NCBI GenBank assembly: GCA_963785845.1
Contig: CAWAWP010000003.1
Location: 29,324-93,323, forward strand
DNA length: 64,000 bases
Reading direction: 5' to 3'
Source of the DNA: an uncultured Chloroflexia bacterium
Lineage (GTDB): Bacteria > Chloroflexota > Ktedonobacteria > Ktedonobacterales > JADMIN01
The notes beneath the pieces were generated by a model. That model saw only the letters and a list, made by a program, of their open reading frames with translations. It searched no databases and was not told where the DNA came from. Positions 1 to 9,569 of this stretch are shown here, piece after piece. The position numbers were made by a program, and so were the translations under genes. Within the stretch, counting starts at the first letter, position 1; the number at the start of each line of letters is the position of its first letter.

Positions 1-1727
1 CTGGAGCCGCTGCCACTTGGCGATCCTCCGGCGGGCGCGGGAGCAGAGCCGCTCGGCGCGGCGACCGGCGCGGCGGGTGCCCCAGTCAATGCATTCAGCA
101 GCTTGACGCCGTCGGGGCTACCCCAGCCGGTGCAGGCGTCCCACCCTGCCTTGGCGGCGTAGCCGCCGATGCTGCCGGTAGGGTCGTTGTTGCCCGACGT
201 CACGTCGCGGAAAACCCCGGCTTTGCCGATGGTGCTGTAGAGCAGCGGGGTGATGTAGCCGACGGGCTTGCCAAGCTGCTGGTTGATGCGGGCGAGGAGC
301 CCGGCGTAGAGCGGCGCGACGGCGCTGGTGCCGCCAACACCCTGCACCTCTTGGCCGTCCGCGAGGATGGTGTAGCCGCTGTTCTCGTCGGCGTTGCCGG
401 CAACGTCGGGGACGCCGCGCCCAGTCGGGTTGCCGGGATTGATCGAGGCGGGCACGATGCCCTTCTGCCAGTCGGGCAGCGCGTTCATGGAGGCGATGCC
501 GCCGCCACTGGCGCCGCCGCCGGCGTTCTCGATAGGGCCGTTGTTCCAGACGGTCTCGCCCTGGAGGGTACCGCCCGAGACCTGGAGACTGGTGCCGCCA
601 CACGCGAGGACATAGGGGCTGGCAGCCGGGAAGTCTACATGAGCACGACCGTCGTCGAGCTGGTCGCGCGAGCCGTCGTCGCCGGAGGCGCAGCAGATGG
701 TGACCCCGAGCAGCGCGGCGGACTGAAAGACCTGATTGACGGCCTCGATGGCCTGAGCGGTCCAGATGTCTTGCCCCTCGGTGTAGCCCCAACTAATCGA
801 GAGGACCGAGGGCTTGTTCTGAGTGTCGTGGACGGCAGTGTTGATGACGTCGACCCAGCCCTGCTCAGTGAAGGGGGCGAAGTAGACCACTATCTTGGCG
901 TCCGGTGCGATGCCCGCGGCCACTTCGATATCCAGCAGCACCTCGCCATCGGCGTCGGTGTCTTTGCCGGGCTGATTGGGCGTGTCGTCTACCGAGACGG
1001 CGGTGACGCTCGGCGCGGGCAGGTTGAGTTGCTTAAAGTACGTCTGGATGTCGCTCTGCGAAAAGCCGCCGCCGAACTCGATGATGCCAATGGTCTGGCC
1101 TTTGCCGGTGAGGCCGCTGGGGAAGTTGTAGAGTTGGGCAACCTGCGGCGACGTGAAGCTCTGCGCGGCGGCCTTGAGGGCGACGCCGCCGGCGTTGACG
1201 GGGCGGCGTGGGCTATTAGGGTGGACGATGTGGGGGCGCGCTTGCAGGCGATTGTCGAGGCCGAAGATCCCCGTGATGATGCCGTCGATATCGGCCGGGA
1301 CCTGGACGGGGCCGACGCGCCCGCGATAGTTGCCCTGCGGCGAAGAGTAGTTGACAAGCTGGACTTTGAAGGCGTTCTCATACGCCTGGACGGTGCCGGA
1401 GAGGATGATCTCGCGCTGGGCGAGGTCGGTGCTGACGACAGAGATGCCGAACTCTTGGACGAATTGGGTGACCTTGGCGACGTCGGCAGGAGCGGCGCCG
1501 TAGGCGGCGATGAACTCGTCCTCGGTCATGTAGGTGCGCTGGCTTGGGGGTTGGGTGCCGAGGGCGGTAGCCTGCGCGGCCTTCTGTTCCATGCTGCCGA
1601 CCGCGCGCAGACGGATGGTAATCTGGAATACCTCGTTGGGGTCGGCAGGGCCGATCTCTTGGGCTCCGGGGACCGGCTGGCGCTCGCTCCCGGCGACAGT
1701 GATATACGCGCGATGCTCGTCTGGCAT
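1..1727 (-). CDS. Sedolisin-family serine-carboxyl peptidase (MEROPS S53), kumamolisin-like proenzyme; partial, C-terminus continues beyond window start
   Basis: Absent from the ORF track because there is no stop inside the window. My translation from ATG 1727-1725 gives 'MPDEHRAYITVAGSERQPVPGAQEIGPADPNEVFQITIRLR' (prodomain). It continues '..GQTIGIIEFGGG..DGEVLLDIEVAAG..SISWG..VDFPAASPYVLACGGT..GRGVPDVAGNAD..GGTSAVAPLYAGL..', collinear with kumamolisin as I recall it, including the E/D pair and GTSA catalytic Ser. The frame is open down to base 1. Confidence 0.9.
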   Translation of the reverse strand, partial: MPDEHRAYITVAGSERQPVPGAQEIGPADPNEVFQITIRLRAVGSMEQKAAQATALGTQPPSQRTYMTEDEFIAAYGAAPADVAKVTQFVQEFGISVVSTDLAQREIILSGTVQAYENAFKVQLVNYSSPQGNYRGRVGPVQVPADIDGIITGIFGLDNRLQARPHIVHPNSPRRPVNAGGVALKAAAQSFTSPQVAQLYNFPSGLTGKGQTIGIIEFGGGFSQSDIQTYFKQLNLPAPSVTAVSVDDTPNQPGKDTDADGEVLLDIEVAAGIAPDAKIVVYFAPFTEQGWVDVINTAVHDTQNKPSVLSISWGYTEGQDIWTAQAIEAVNQVFQSAALLGVTICCASGDDGSRDQLDDGRAHVDFPAASPYVLACGGTSLQVSGGTLQGETVWNNGPIENAGGGASGGGIASMNALPDWQKGIVPASINPGNPTGRGVPDVAGNADENSGYTILADGQEVQGVGGTSAVAPLYAGLLARINQQLGKPVGYITPLLYSTIGKAGVFRDVTSGNNDPTGSIGGYAAKAGWDACTGWGSPDGVKLLNALTGAPAAPVAAPSGSAPAPAGGSPSGSGS

Positions 1728-1986
1728 ATGCGATGGTGCTCACTTTCTTCTGCGACGATCGCCCTTGAGACCTACCGCGAGCCGCGGCCTCGCCTACGCG
1801 CGGATGGGCGTGCTGATAGCCATGCCATTCTACTGGGGTTTCTCAGTCTGTCAAGCGGCTAGCGTAAACGCGAAGAGCCACCTATACGGAGGCTTGCCGC
1901 ACCCCTTCGTACCCCAACCTGCGTACAGTGCTTGTTCGCGTGCCCATCAAGCGAATCCAGCGTACGGCTACTCTTGCGACGCGCGA

Positions 1987-2997
1987 TCAGCGCCAGTCGT
2001 CGATGAGGTAGACGCCGGACCGATTGTAGCCGGGCTCGTTGTGTCGCTGCATGATGATCTCCTGCATCTGCGTGCGAAAGCCGCGCGCCAGCATCTGGCG
2101 ATAGGCTTCGTGGCGCGCCGTGTTCATGCCAGCTGAAAGCACCTGCAATCCCCTGGTGGCGGCGAATGCTTCGCAGGCGTCGAGCAGCGCGTCGAAGTCT
2201 CCCGCCACGCCCGGCCCTGGCCGCGCCGCGCCAAACTTGATGTAGCAGATGCCGCTGCCAGCCTCGCTCCCCGCGCCACAATGGCACACCGCAAATCCGG
2301 CAAGCCGCGAGTCGTCGTTCGCGTCCCACAGCAGCACGGTGTCGCCGAGACCTTGCGCCAGCAGCGCCTCAATCTCAATCTGCACGTCGAGGCCATCGTA
2401 GATGCTCGAGGTGAGGTCGCGGCATGCGGCGAGGATAGCGGCGCGTCGCTCGTCGGCGAGTTCCGAGAAGCCTGACCAGTGCGGCGCAGCGTGCTCGCGA
2501 GCCCCACTCAGCCGAGCCGCGCTCTCCGGCGAAACGGGCCGCGACATGACGGCGGTGAGAAAGCGCGGCCAGAAGCCAAATTTCTGGTAAAGGCCGTGAT
2601 GCTTGGCGCTGGTGGGAAACGTGCAGAGGCCGGCGAAGGTGCTGCCCCAGGCATCGAAGCAAGCCATAACCGGCTCCAAGAGTCTGCCGCCAATGCCGCG
2701 ATCCCACAGCCGCGGATCGACGACCAGCGGGCCGAAGTAGCCAACCGTGCCCCAGCGCGTGGCGATGCTGGCGCCGACGATCTCGCCGTCGACCGCCGCC
2801 CCAAAGGCCGACGCAGGGTCTGCCCGCCAGCGTGTGCGGATGCACTCCGCGTCGCCCATAAACGCGAGCGGATCGGGCAAGCCGAGAAAGCTGCCGAAGG
2901 CGAGGCGCATCACGCGATCCGCGCGCTCCACCTCCGTCTCGCCAAGCGGCGCGATCACCACGTTCGCGGCATCATGCGGTGTCCGTGTCGATCCCAT
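1987..2997 (-). CDS. GNAT-family N-acetyltransferase, two-domain
   Basis: ORF 1987..3096. Acetyl-CoA-binding type motif 'LVVDPRLWDRGIGGRLLE'; second GNAT-like half 'AGFAVCHCGAGSEAGSGICYIKF'. Start moved to ATG 2997 (MGSTRT) to avoid overlapping the upstream ABC ATPase gene. Confidence 0.75.
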   Translation of the reverse strand: MGSTRTPHDAANVVIAPLGETEVERADRVMRLAFGSFLGLPDPLAFMGDAECIRTRWRADPASAFGAAVDGEIVGASIATRWGTVGYFGPLVVDPRLWDRGIGGRLLEPVMACFDAWGSTFAGLCTFPTSAKHHGLYQKFGFWPRFLTAVMSRPVSPESAARLSGAREHAAPHWSGFSELADERRAAILAACRDLTSSIYDGLDVQIEIEALLAQGLGDTVLLWDANDDSRLAGFAVCHCGAGSEAGSGICYIKFGAARPGPGVAGDFDALLDACEAFAATRGLQVLSAGMNTARHEAYRQMLARGFRTQMQEIIMQRHNEPGYNRSGVYLIDDWR

Positions 2998-3082
2998 GAC
3001 GGATACTCCATAGAGTTGCCCGACTTGCCCGCGAGCACTGGATCGAAACCCAGGCCAACGCGAGCCAGCGTCTGGCGGGCAA

Positions 3083-4147
3083 TTAGAGCGTACCAAGCCC
3101 CTGGATGCTGCCAGAGCGTTCCAGCGTGCTCACGCGGTCGGAGAAGTGGCACGCGGAGAGGTGCCCGCTGCCAGTCTTGTCCTCCAGCGGCGGCTCGACC
3201 TGGCGGCAGATATCTTGTGCCAGCGGGCAGCGCGTATGGAAGCGGCAGCCCGAAGGGATATTAATCGCGCTCGGCGGATCGCCTTGCAGGATGATGCGCT
3301 TGCGCTGCTGCTCTACGCGCGGATTGGGGAGCGGCACCGCCGAGAGCAGCGCGGCGGAATACGGATGGAGTGGCTCGGTATAAAGTTCGCTGCGATCCGC
3401 GATCTCGACGATCTTGCCGAGGTACATCACGGCGATGCGCGGGGCGACATGGCGGACGACGCTGAGATCGTGAGAGACGAAGAGATAGGTGAGCCCCATC
3501 TGCTGCTGCAACGAACGCATCAGATTGAGGATCTGCGCACGGATCGAGACGTCGAGAGCGCTCACCGGCTCGTCGGCGACGATGAATTGCGGCTCGATGC
3601 TGATCGCGCGGGCGATGGCGATACGCTGCCGCTGCCCTCCGCTGAATTCGTGGGGGTAGCGGTCGATGAACCGGCGATTGAGACCGACTTTGTCGAGCAA
3701 CTCTTCAGTGCGCGTTCGTATCTCGTCGCTTGTGCCCATACGGTGGATGTGCATCGGCTCAGCGATCAGGCTGCCAAGGGTGAATCGCGGGTTGAGTGAG
3801 GCGAACGGATCCTGAAAGATCATCTGCACCTGTCGCCTGATGCCGCGCAGTTCGGAACCCTTCGCGAGTGTGAGGTCGTTCTTGTCGAGGAAGATATGGC
3901 CGCCGGTTGGGGCATAGAGGCGCACGATGCAGCGCCCGATCGTCGACTTGCCAGATCCGCTCTCGCCAACCAGACCCAGGGTCGAGCCGCGCGGAATCGA
4001 GAACGAAACGCCATCCACCGCGCGCACGGCGCCGACCTGACGACGGATGAAGAGTCCCTCGGTGATCGGGAAGTGCATCTTCAGGTCTTCAACCCGCACC
4101 AGCGCCTCGTTGGCAGACGCGGCATCGTAGGTGGCGGTTGCTGCCAT
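3083..4147 (-). CDS. Peptide (Opp/Dpp-type) ABC transporter ATP-binding protein, F-type
   Basis: Walker A 'GESGSGKST', signature '[14 protein letters not shown]', Walker B '[12 protein letters not shown]', C-terminal 'GCRFHTRCP' oligopeptide-ATPase motif. GAGGAG sits 7 nt upstream of ATG 4147. Confidence 0.93.
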   Translation of the reverse strand: MAATATYDAASANEALVRVEDLKMHFPITEGLFIRRQVGAVRAVDGVSFSIPRGSTLGLVGESGSGKSTIGRCIVRLYAPTGGHIFLDKNDLTLAKGSELRGIRRQVQMIFQDPFASLNPRFTLGSLIAEPMHIHRMGTSDEIRTRTEELLDKVGLNRRFIDRYPHEFSGGQRQRIAIARAISIEPQFIVADEPVSALDVSIRAQILNLMRSLQQQMGLTYLFVSHDLSVVRHVAPRIAVMYLGKIVEIADRSELYTEPLHPYSAALLSAVPLPNPRVEQQRKRIILQGDPPSAINIPSGCRFHTRCPLAQDICRQVEPPLEDKTGSGHLSACHFSDRVSTLERSGSIQGLGTL

Positions 4148-4185
4148 CGTGTTTCTCCTCGATCTCATCGAGCCGGCGAACGGTG

Positions 4186-5268
4186 CTAGCTATTGCGCAG
4201 GTCGGTGAGTCCGCTACGTTGGGGCAGCGGAATGAAGCCGCGGGCGGCGGCGCGTTGTTGTTCGCCGGGGTCGGTCACGTCGACCCAGCAGGCGGCTCGG
4301 TGGTTCGGGCCAACCGACGCGTAGGGTGGGTACGTCTTGCACTTAGGCAGCACAAACGGGCAACGCGGCTGAAACGGGCACCCCTCAATCGGATGCAATT
4401 GATCGGGCGGCGATCCGGGAATGGTCGGCAGATCTCCAGTCGTGTCGTCGTCAAGATGCGGAACGGAAGCCAGCAGCCCAAGCGTGTAGGGGTGGCGCGG
4501 GTTAGCGAAAAGCTCGTTGGTCGGCGCCTCCTCGGCAATCTTGCCGGCGTACATCACCATGATGCGGTCAGTGACGCCCGCCACCACGCCGAGATCGTGC
4601 GTGATCAAGATCACCGCGGTGTTCAGGTCTCTGCGTAGGCGCATGATCAGTTCGAGAATCTGCGCCTGCACGGTCACGTCGAGCGCGGTAGTCGGCTCGT
4701 CGGCGATGAGCAGCTTGGGATTGGCGGCGATCGCCAGCGCAATCATCACGCGCTGACGCATGCCCCCGCTGAACTGGTGCGGATATCCGTGCAGGCGCCG
4801 TGCGGCATCAGGGATGCCGACTGCCTCCAAAAGGCTCTGCGCGCGACTCGTCGCCTCAGCCCGGCTGAGATGCAGGTGCAGTTGCAGGGGCTCGACCAAC
4901 TGCTTCTCGATGGTCAGCACCGGGTTGAGGCTCGTCAACGGGTCCTGGAAGATCATGGCGATGTCGCCGCCGCGAATCTTGCGCAACTCAGACTCGCTCA
5001 GCTCCAGCAGATCGCGATCCTCGAAGGTGATCGTCCCGTCGATAATCTCGGCGGGCGGGGTCGGCAACAAGCGCAAAATCGAGAGCGAGGTGACGCTCTT
5101 GCCGGAGCCGCTTTCGCCGACGATGCCGAGCGACTCGCCTTCGTCCACGTGGAAGCTGACGCCGTCTACGGCGTGGACGTGGCCGGCGCGCGTCTTAAAG
5201 TAGACTTTCAGGCCATCGACCTCAAGGAGCTTGCCCACCAGACGCCCTCCCTCAGACTCCAGCAACAT
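4186..5268 (-). CDS. Peptide (Opp/Dpp-type) ABC transporter ATP-binding protein, D-type
   Basis: Walker A 'GESGSGKSV', signature 'FSGGMRQRVMIALA', Walker B 'LLIADEPTTALD', C-terminal 'GCPFQPRCPF'. Confidence 0.93.
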   Translation of the reverse strand: MLLESEGGRLVGKLLEVDGLKVYFKTRAGHVHAVDGVSFHVDEGESLGIVGESGSGKSVTSLSILRLLPTPPAEIIDGTITFEDRDLLELSESELRKIRGGDIAMIFQDPLTSLNPVLTIEKQLVEPLQLHLHLSRAEATSRAQSLLEAVGIPDAARRLHGYPHQFSGGMRQRVMIALAIAANPKLLIADEPTTALDVTVQAQILELIMRLRRDLNTAVILITHDLGVVAGVTDRIMVMYAGKIAEEAPTNELFANPRHPYTLGLLASVPHLDDDTTGDLPTIPGSPPDQLHPIEGCPFQPRCPFVLPKCKTYPPYASVGPNHRAACWVDVTDPGEQQRAAARGFIPLPQRSGLTDLRNS

Positions 5269-5293
5269 CGCGCGCAGAGCGCGGAGATAGACG

Positions 5294-6220
5294 TCAGCGC
5301 TCCGTCATATACGGGTCGAGCGCGTCGCGCAGACCGTCTCCCATCAGGTTGAAGCAGAGGACGGTGACGAGGATCGCAATCCCAGGCGCCCAGACGAGCA
5401 CCGGATTGTCCAGGAAGAAACTCTGTGCGCGGTAGAGCATAGTGCCCCAGCTCGAAGTTGGCTGTTGCAAGCCGAAATTAAAGAAGCTGAGGGTCGATTC
5501 GGTGATGATATTGTTGCCGATCAACAGCGTGGCGTTGACGATGATCGGGCCGGCGGCGTTCGGCAAGATATGGCGGACCATCAGGCGAAGGTTCCCGGCG
5601 CCAAGCGTGCGCGCAGCGAGCAGGAATTCGCGCTCCCTGAGCGAGAGCACTTCGCCGCGGACGATGCGCGCGGTAATCGGCCACGAGAATAAGGCGATCA
5701 AGAGCACGATACTGGGGATCGTCCCGTTGGCGAAGGTAGCCGCCAGCACAAAGATGATCAGGTAAAGCGGAACAGAGAGAAAGGCATCGGTGCTGCGCAT
5801 CATCACGCTGTCGAGCCAGCCGCCGTAGAAACCGGCGAGGGCCCCAACGGTGATGCCGATGGTCAACGTGACGAACATCGACACAATGCCAATCGCCAGT
5901 GAGACGCGGCCACCATAGAGCAGGCGCGTAAACTCGTCACGCCCAACGTCGTCGGTGCCAAGCAAGTGGATCGAGTTGGGGCCAAGCATAAAACTGTTCA
6001 CGTCCGGCTTGTCAGGATTATAGTGCGTGATCAGCGGCGCGAAAATGCAGGCAAGAAAGATGATCGTCAGCACGACGAAGCCGACGAGGGCGATGCGGTT
6101 GCGGACAAAACGATCGAGTATCAGGCGGAACTGACTGCGCCGCTTGCGCAGGAGCAGCGGGGCAACGTCGGGCGGCATGCCAGGACCGACGAACTGATCC
6201 GTCCGCAAGACATCCATCAC
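5294..6220 (-). CDS. Peptide ABC transporter permease (OppC/DppC-type)
   Basis: Polytopic protein. Conserved cytoplasmic loop 'SLREREFLLAARTLGAGNLRLMVRHILPN' typical of binding-protein-dependent permeases. Start is GTG 6220 or ATG 6217. Confidence 0.9.
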   Translation of the reverse strand: MMDVLRTDQFVGPGMPPDVAPLLLRKRRSQFRLILDRFVRNRIALVGFVVLTIIFLACIFAPLITHYNPDKPDVNSFMLGPNSIHLLGTDDVGRDEFTRLLYGGRVSLAIGIVSMFVTLTIGITVGALAGFYGGWLDSVMMRSTDAFLSVPLYLIIFVLAATFANGTIPSIVLLIALFSWPITARIVRGEVLSLREREFLLAARTLGAGNLRLMVRHILPNAAGPIIVNATLLIGNNIITESTLSFFNFGLQQPTSSWGTMLYRAQSFFLDNPVLVWAPGIAILVTVLCFNLMGDGLRDALDPYMTER

Positions 6221-6251
6221 GAAGCCTCGTTTCTCTCTGCCGGTGGGCGCG

Positions 6252-7214
6252 CTACGACAGGCGGATCCGTGGGTCGACCACCGAATAGAGCACGTCTGCG
6301 AGGAGGTTGAACAGCAGGACGCTAGTAGTGGTGATCAACAGAAGCGCCATCAGCACGGGGTAGTCTCGCACCTGGAGCGACGAGATAAAGAATTTACCGA
6401 CTCCCGGCCATGCGAAAACCGTCTCGGTGATCGCCGCACCGCCGGCGAAGGCGCCGAAGTCAATGGCGATCTGCGTCAGCAGCGGTATGAGGGCGTTGCG
6501 CAGCGCGTGGCCAAAGAAGACACTCGCGCCGCCCAGCCCCTTAGCGCGAGCGGTACGCACGTAATCTTGCTTCACCACATCGAGCATGCTCGACCGCAAA
6601 TAGCGGCTCCAGCCAGCAATAAAAAGCAGCGAGAGGACGATGGTGGGTAAGATGAGATGCACCAGACGATCTTCGAAGTTGCCCAGTGGCCCAAAGTTGG
6701 CATTTGGCGTGGCGATGCCGATAGTTGGCAAGGCATGCAGAGTGTCGCCGAACACATGCTGCAGAATCAGCCCGAAGAAGAAGATCGGCATGGAGATACC
6801 GAAGTAGGCGAGGATGGTGACCGAATAGTCGGTGATGGAATACTGGCGCACGGCGGCGAGCACGCCGAGCGGGATGGCGATGACTAATGCGAAGAAGAAT
6901 GCGGAGAGGAAGAGTTCAAGGGTGTTGGGGAAGAGTGCGCCAATCTCTTTCATAACCGGCTGACCGTCGGCGATTGAGAAACCGAAGTTGCCCTGCACCA
7001 CCTGACTCATGTAGTTGAAATATTGAATGTAGAGGGGCTTGTCGAGGCCATATTCCTTAATCAAATGAGCGCGCGCTTCGGGCGGCGTGCGCGGCGAGAA
7101 GAAGACCTTCTCTGGCCCACCGGGGAGCAGATGGATTAGCACGAAGAAGACGACGGACATCACGACGAGCATCACGACAACCTGGATGAGACGGCGGAAG
7201 AGGTAGCGTCTCAT
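6252..7214 (-). CDS. Peptide ABC transporter permease (OppB/DppB-type)
   Basis: 'DYVRTARAKGLGGASVFFGHALRNALIPLLT' permease loop and 6 hydrophobic segments. Start trimmed to ATG 7214 (MRRYLFRRL), preceded by GGAAGGAG. Confidence 0.9.
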   Translation of the reverse strand: MRRYLFRRLIQVVVMLVVMSVVFFVLIHLLPGGPEKVFFSPRTPPEARAHLIKEYGLDKPLYIQYFNYMSQVVQGNFGFSIADGQPVMKEIGALFPNTLELFLSAFFFALVIAIPLGVLAAVRQYSITDYSVTILAYFGISMPIFFFGLILQHVFGDTLHALPTIGIATPNANFGPLGNFEDRLVHLILPTIVLSLLFIAGWSRYLRSSMLDVVKQDYVRTARAKGLGGASVFFGHALRNALIPLLTQIAIDFGAFAGGAAITETVFAWPGVGKFFISSLQVRDYPVLMALLLITTTSVLLFNLLADVLYSVVDPRIRLS

Positions 7215-7461
7215 GCGGGATGCTCCTTCCAACGGACTGCGCGGCGAGCAAGTCGCGGGTGGCGCACGGATGGTGCCGCGTAGTGCACTGACGGGCAGTG
7301 ATCAGGTTGGAGGAAGCCAGCGACGGTGGCGGCGTCCCCAGGGTCATGTGCGGCGAGCCGCGGAAACAGGGTGCGGGCAGTGGGCACCGCATGGCGCCAC
7401 CGCCCGGCACTCCCCAAGTGTCACGCGGGAGATGCCAGGTGGTATCCCCCGCGCGCCCGAG

Positions 7462-9123
7462 CTACTTGCTCAGATACCAATCCCACACGTTCCAGGTCTC
7501 CGAAGGACCGACGGGCGAGGGGGCGTAGTTCTGAAGGTTGGTGACCGAGACGGCGATGTTCGGGTACGCATAGTAGTACATCGCCGGCAAGTCGTTGATG
7601 ATGTCCTTGTAGATCGCGTGGAAGGCCGTGGTGCGGGTAGCGATATCAGCATTCGTCTGCTCAGTCTTGATGTTGGCGTCAACATCGGGGTTGCAGTAAT
7701 GGCTGATATTGAAGCCGCCCGGCTGATCGGTGAACTGGTTGCAGGCCCACTGCACGTGGTTGTCTGGGTCGTAGGTCAGCGAGTTGGCGAATTCGGCGAT
7801 GTCGTACGCCGAGTAGTCGTACAGTTGTGTGCCGAAGAAGGCATCGGCGGGATTGTTGACGATGTCGATCTTCATGCCGATATTCGTCTTCAGCGCGTCC
7901 TGCACGATCAACTGCGTCTGCTCGCGGTACGCCTTACCGGCGGTGGTGCTGTAGCGCAGTTCGAGAGTCTTGCCACCCTTGTGACGGTAGCTGTCGGAGC
8001 CCATCTTCCAGCCGTCGGCGTCCAGCGCGGCAGCCGCCGAAGTTGGGTCGTATGTGTAGCAGGTGGCGGTGGCGTCGTGGGCGAAGGTGCCCGTGCCGTC
8101 ATCGCAGTCCTTCACCGCAATGCCCTGCCAGATCTTGTTGATGATGTCGCTGACGTTGATGCTCTGGCTGATGGCTTTGCGCACCACGGGATCGGCGAGG
8201 ATCGGGTTGGTCTCGTTGAAGTAGATCCCTTCGTACGAGCCCGGCGACTTGTCGAGCACGACGTGGTAGCCTGGGATGTTCTTGTAGTCGGTGAGCTTGT
8301 TGATGTCCAGGAACCACGACGTCTGGATCTCGCCGCTCTTCAGGGCGGTGAGGATAGTATCCTGGCTGGTGATAATGCGGAAGGTCATGCCGTCGAGGTA
8401 CGGCTTGCCGCTCTGATAGTAGTTCGGATTGCGCTTCAGGGTGATGTGATCGGCCTTGGCGCGCTCACTGATCGTGAAGGGGCCGCTCACGACGGTCGGC
8501 TGGAAGGCTTCGGTAGACTTGAGGACGTCAGCGGCGGCCATCGAGCCGAAGACCTTCTGCGGCAGCGGGGAGAAGATCAGCGGGTCGGTCAGCGAGAGTT
8601 CGAGGAAGGTGATGTCAGGCTTGCTGAGCTGAACCGTGACCGTGTTGCCGCTGTTCGAGACGCTGGTGATCTCGCCAGCGTTGAAGGTGGACTTCCCGCC
8701 GAAGTTCGGATCTTTGAGCAAGTTCAGCGTGAAAACGACGTCATTGACGGTCAGCGGCGACCCATCGGACCACTTCAGGCCATCGCGGAGAGTGAACTTG
8801 TAGGTCATCAGGTCAGACGAGATGCCGCCGTTAGAAGGCGTGGGAACATCTGTCGCCAAGCCCGCGTGGATGATGCCGGTGTTGTCACCGTAGAAGAGTG
8901 GCGCCCAGATGGCGGCGTCCACCATGTCGGCGTAGGTCTCTACCGACCCCTCGGGGAGCAGGCTATCCGGCTCTTCGAAGAGGCCGTCCGTAATCGTGCC
9001 GCCACGCACGGGTCCACTGTTGTTCCCGCTAGTGCTGGCGGACGGTCCACACGCCGAGAGGATCATGGCCGCGAGCAGGAATACCCCTGCGCCCGTTGTC
9101 CAGAGTCTCGCTTTGCTGCGCAT
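7462..9123 (-). CDS. ABC transporter substrate-binding lipoprotein, family 5 (OppA/DppA-like)
   Basis: Signal peptide plus lipobox 'FLLAAMILSAC'; length and composition typical of SBP family 5; first gene of the 5-gene operon. Start trimmed to ATG 9123 with GGAGG upstream (plus-strand 'cctcc' 9134-9138). Confidence 0.9.
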   Translation of the reverse strand: MRSKARLWTTGAGVFLLAAMILSACGPSASTSGNNSGPVRGGTITDGLFEEPDSLLPEGSVETYADMVDAAIWAPLFYGDNTGIIHAGLATDVPTPSNGGISSDLMTYKFTLRDGLKWSDGSPLTVNDVVFTLNLLKDPNFGGKSTFNAGEITSVSNSGNTVTVQLSKPDITFLELSLTDPLIFSPLPQKVFGSMAAADVLKSTEAFQPTVVSGPFTISERAKADHITLKRNPNYYQSGKPYLDGMTFRIITSQDTILTALKSGEIQTSWFLDINKLTDYKNIPGYHVVLDKSPGSYEGIYFNETNPILADPVVRKAISQSINVSDIINKIWQGIAVKDCDDGTGTFAHDATATCYTYDPTSAAAALDADGWKMGSDSYRHKGGKTLELRYSTTAGKAYREQTQLIVQDALKTNIGMKIDIVNNPADAFFGTQLYDYSAYDIAEFANSLTYDPDNHVQWACNQFTDQPGGFNISHYCNPDVDANIKTEQTNADIATRTTAFHAIYKDIINDLPAMYYYAYPNIAVSVTNLQNYAPSPVGPSETWNVWDWYLSK

Positions 9124-9569
9124 GCCTGGGTTACCTCCTAAGAACTCAGAGTACCCCCACGGTGGGTACGGCACGCACCGTGGGCACACGACCGCCCGCC
9201 TTCGCACGGATTGTGTAGTGATTGTCGGGTACTACGCCGTGCCGACGCCGATTCTCACGCGCTACACCTGCCAGTGACGAATCAGGTGAGGGGAGTATAC
9301 ACTGACAGCAAACGGTTGTGTACCAGGAAAGTCGTGATCCCGAGAAAACCGGGAACGTCAAGCCCGTCACCCTGCCCAAGCACCGGGTGCACCAATAGCC
9401 TCCGGCTCGGTGTCACGGCGTTGTACAGCGCCTGATCCTCGCAGCGACCGCCCCAATGGACGCGCCCATGCGTGACGCATCCCCGTCGCACCGCGCCAGC
9501 TCGTCAGGGCGCTTGACGTGACTCCCCTCGCTTTCACGACGCGGCGAGGGCGGTGCATTTACAGCGCGG

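Noticed and set aside
351-1862. 503-aa plus-strand ORF, plus 118..792 and other ORFs over the first 1.8 kb
   Set aside because: Gly/Ala/Arg/Asp-rich products with no motifs. They lie antisense or out of frame to a sedolisin reading frame that aligns with kumamolisin end to end.
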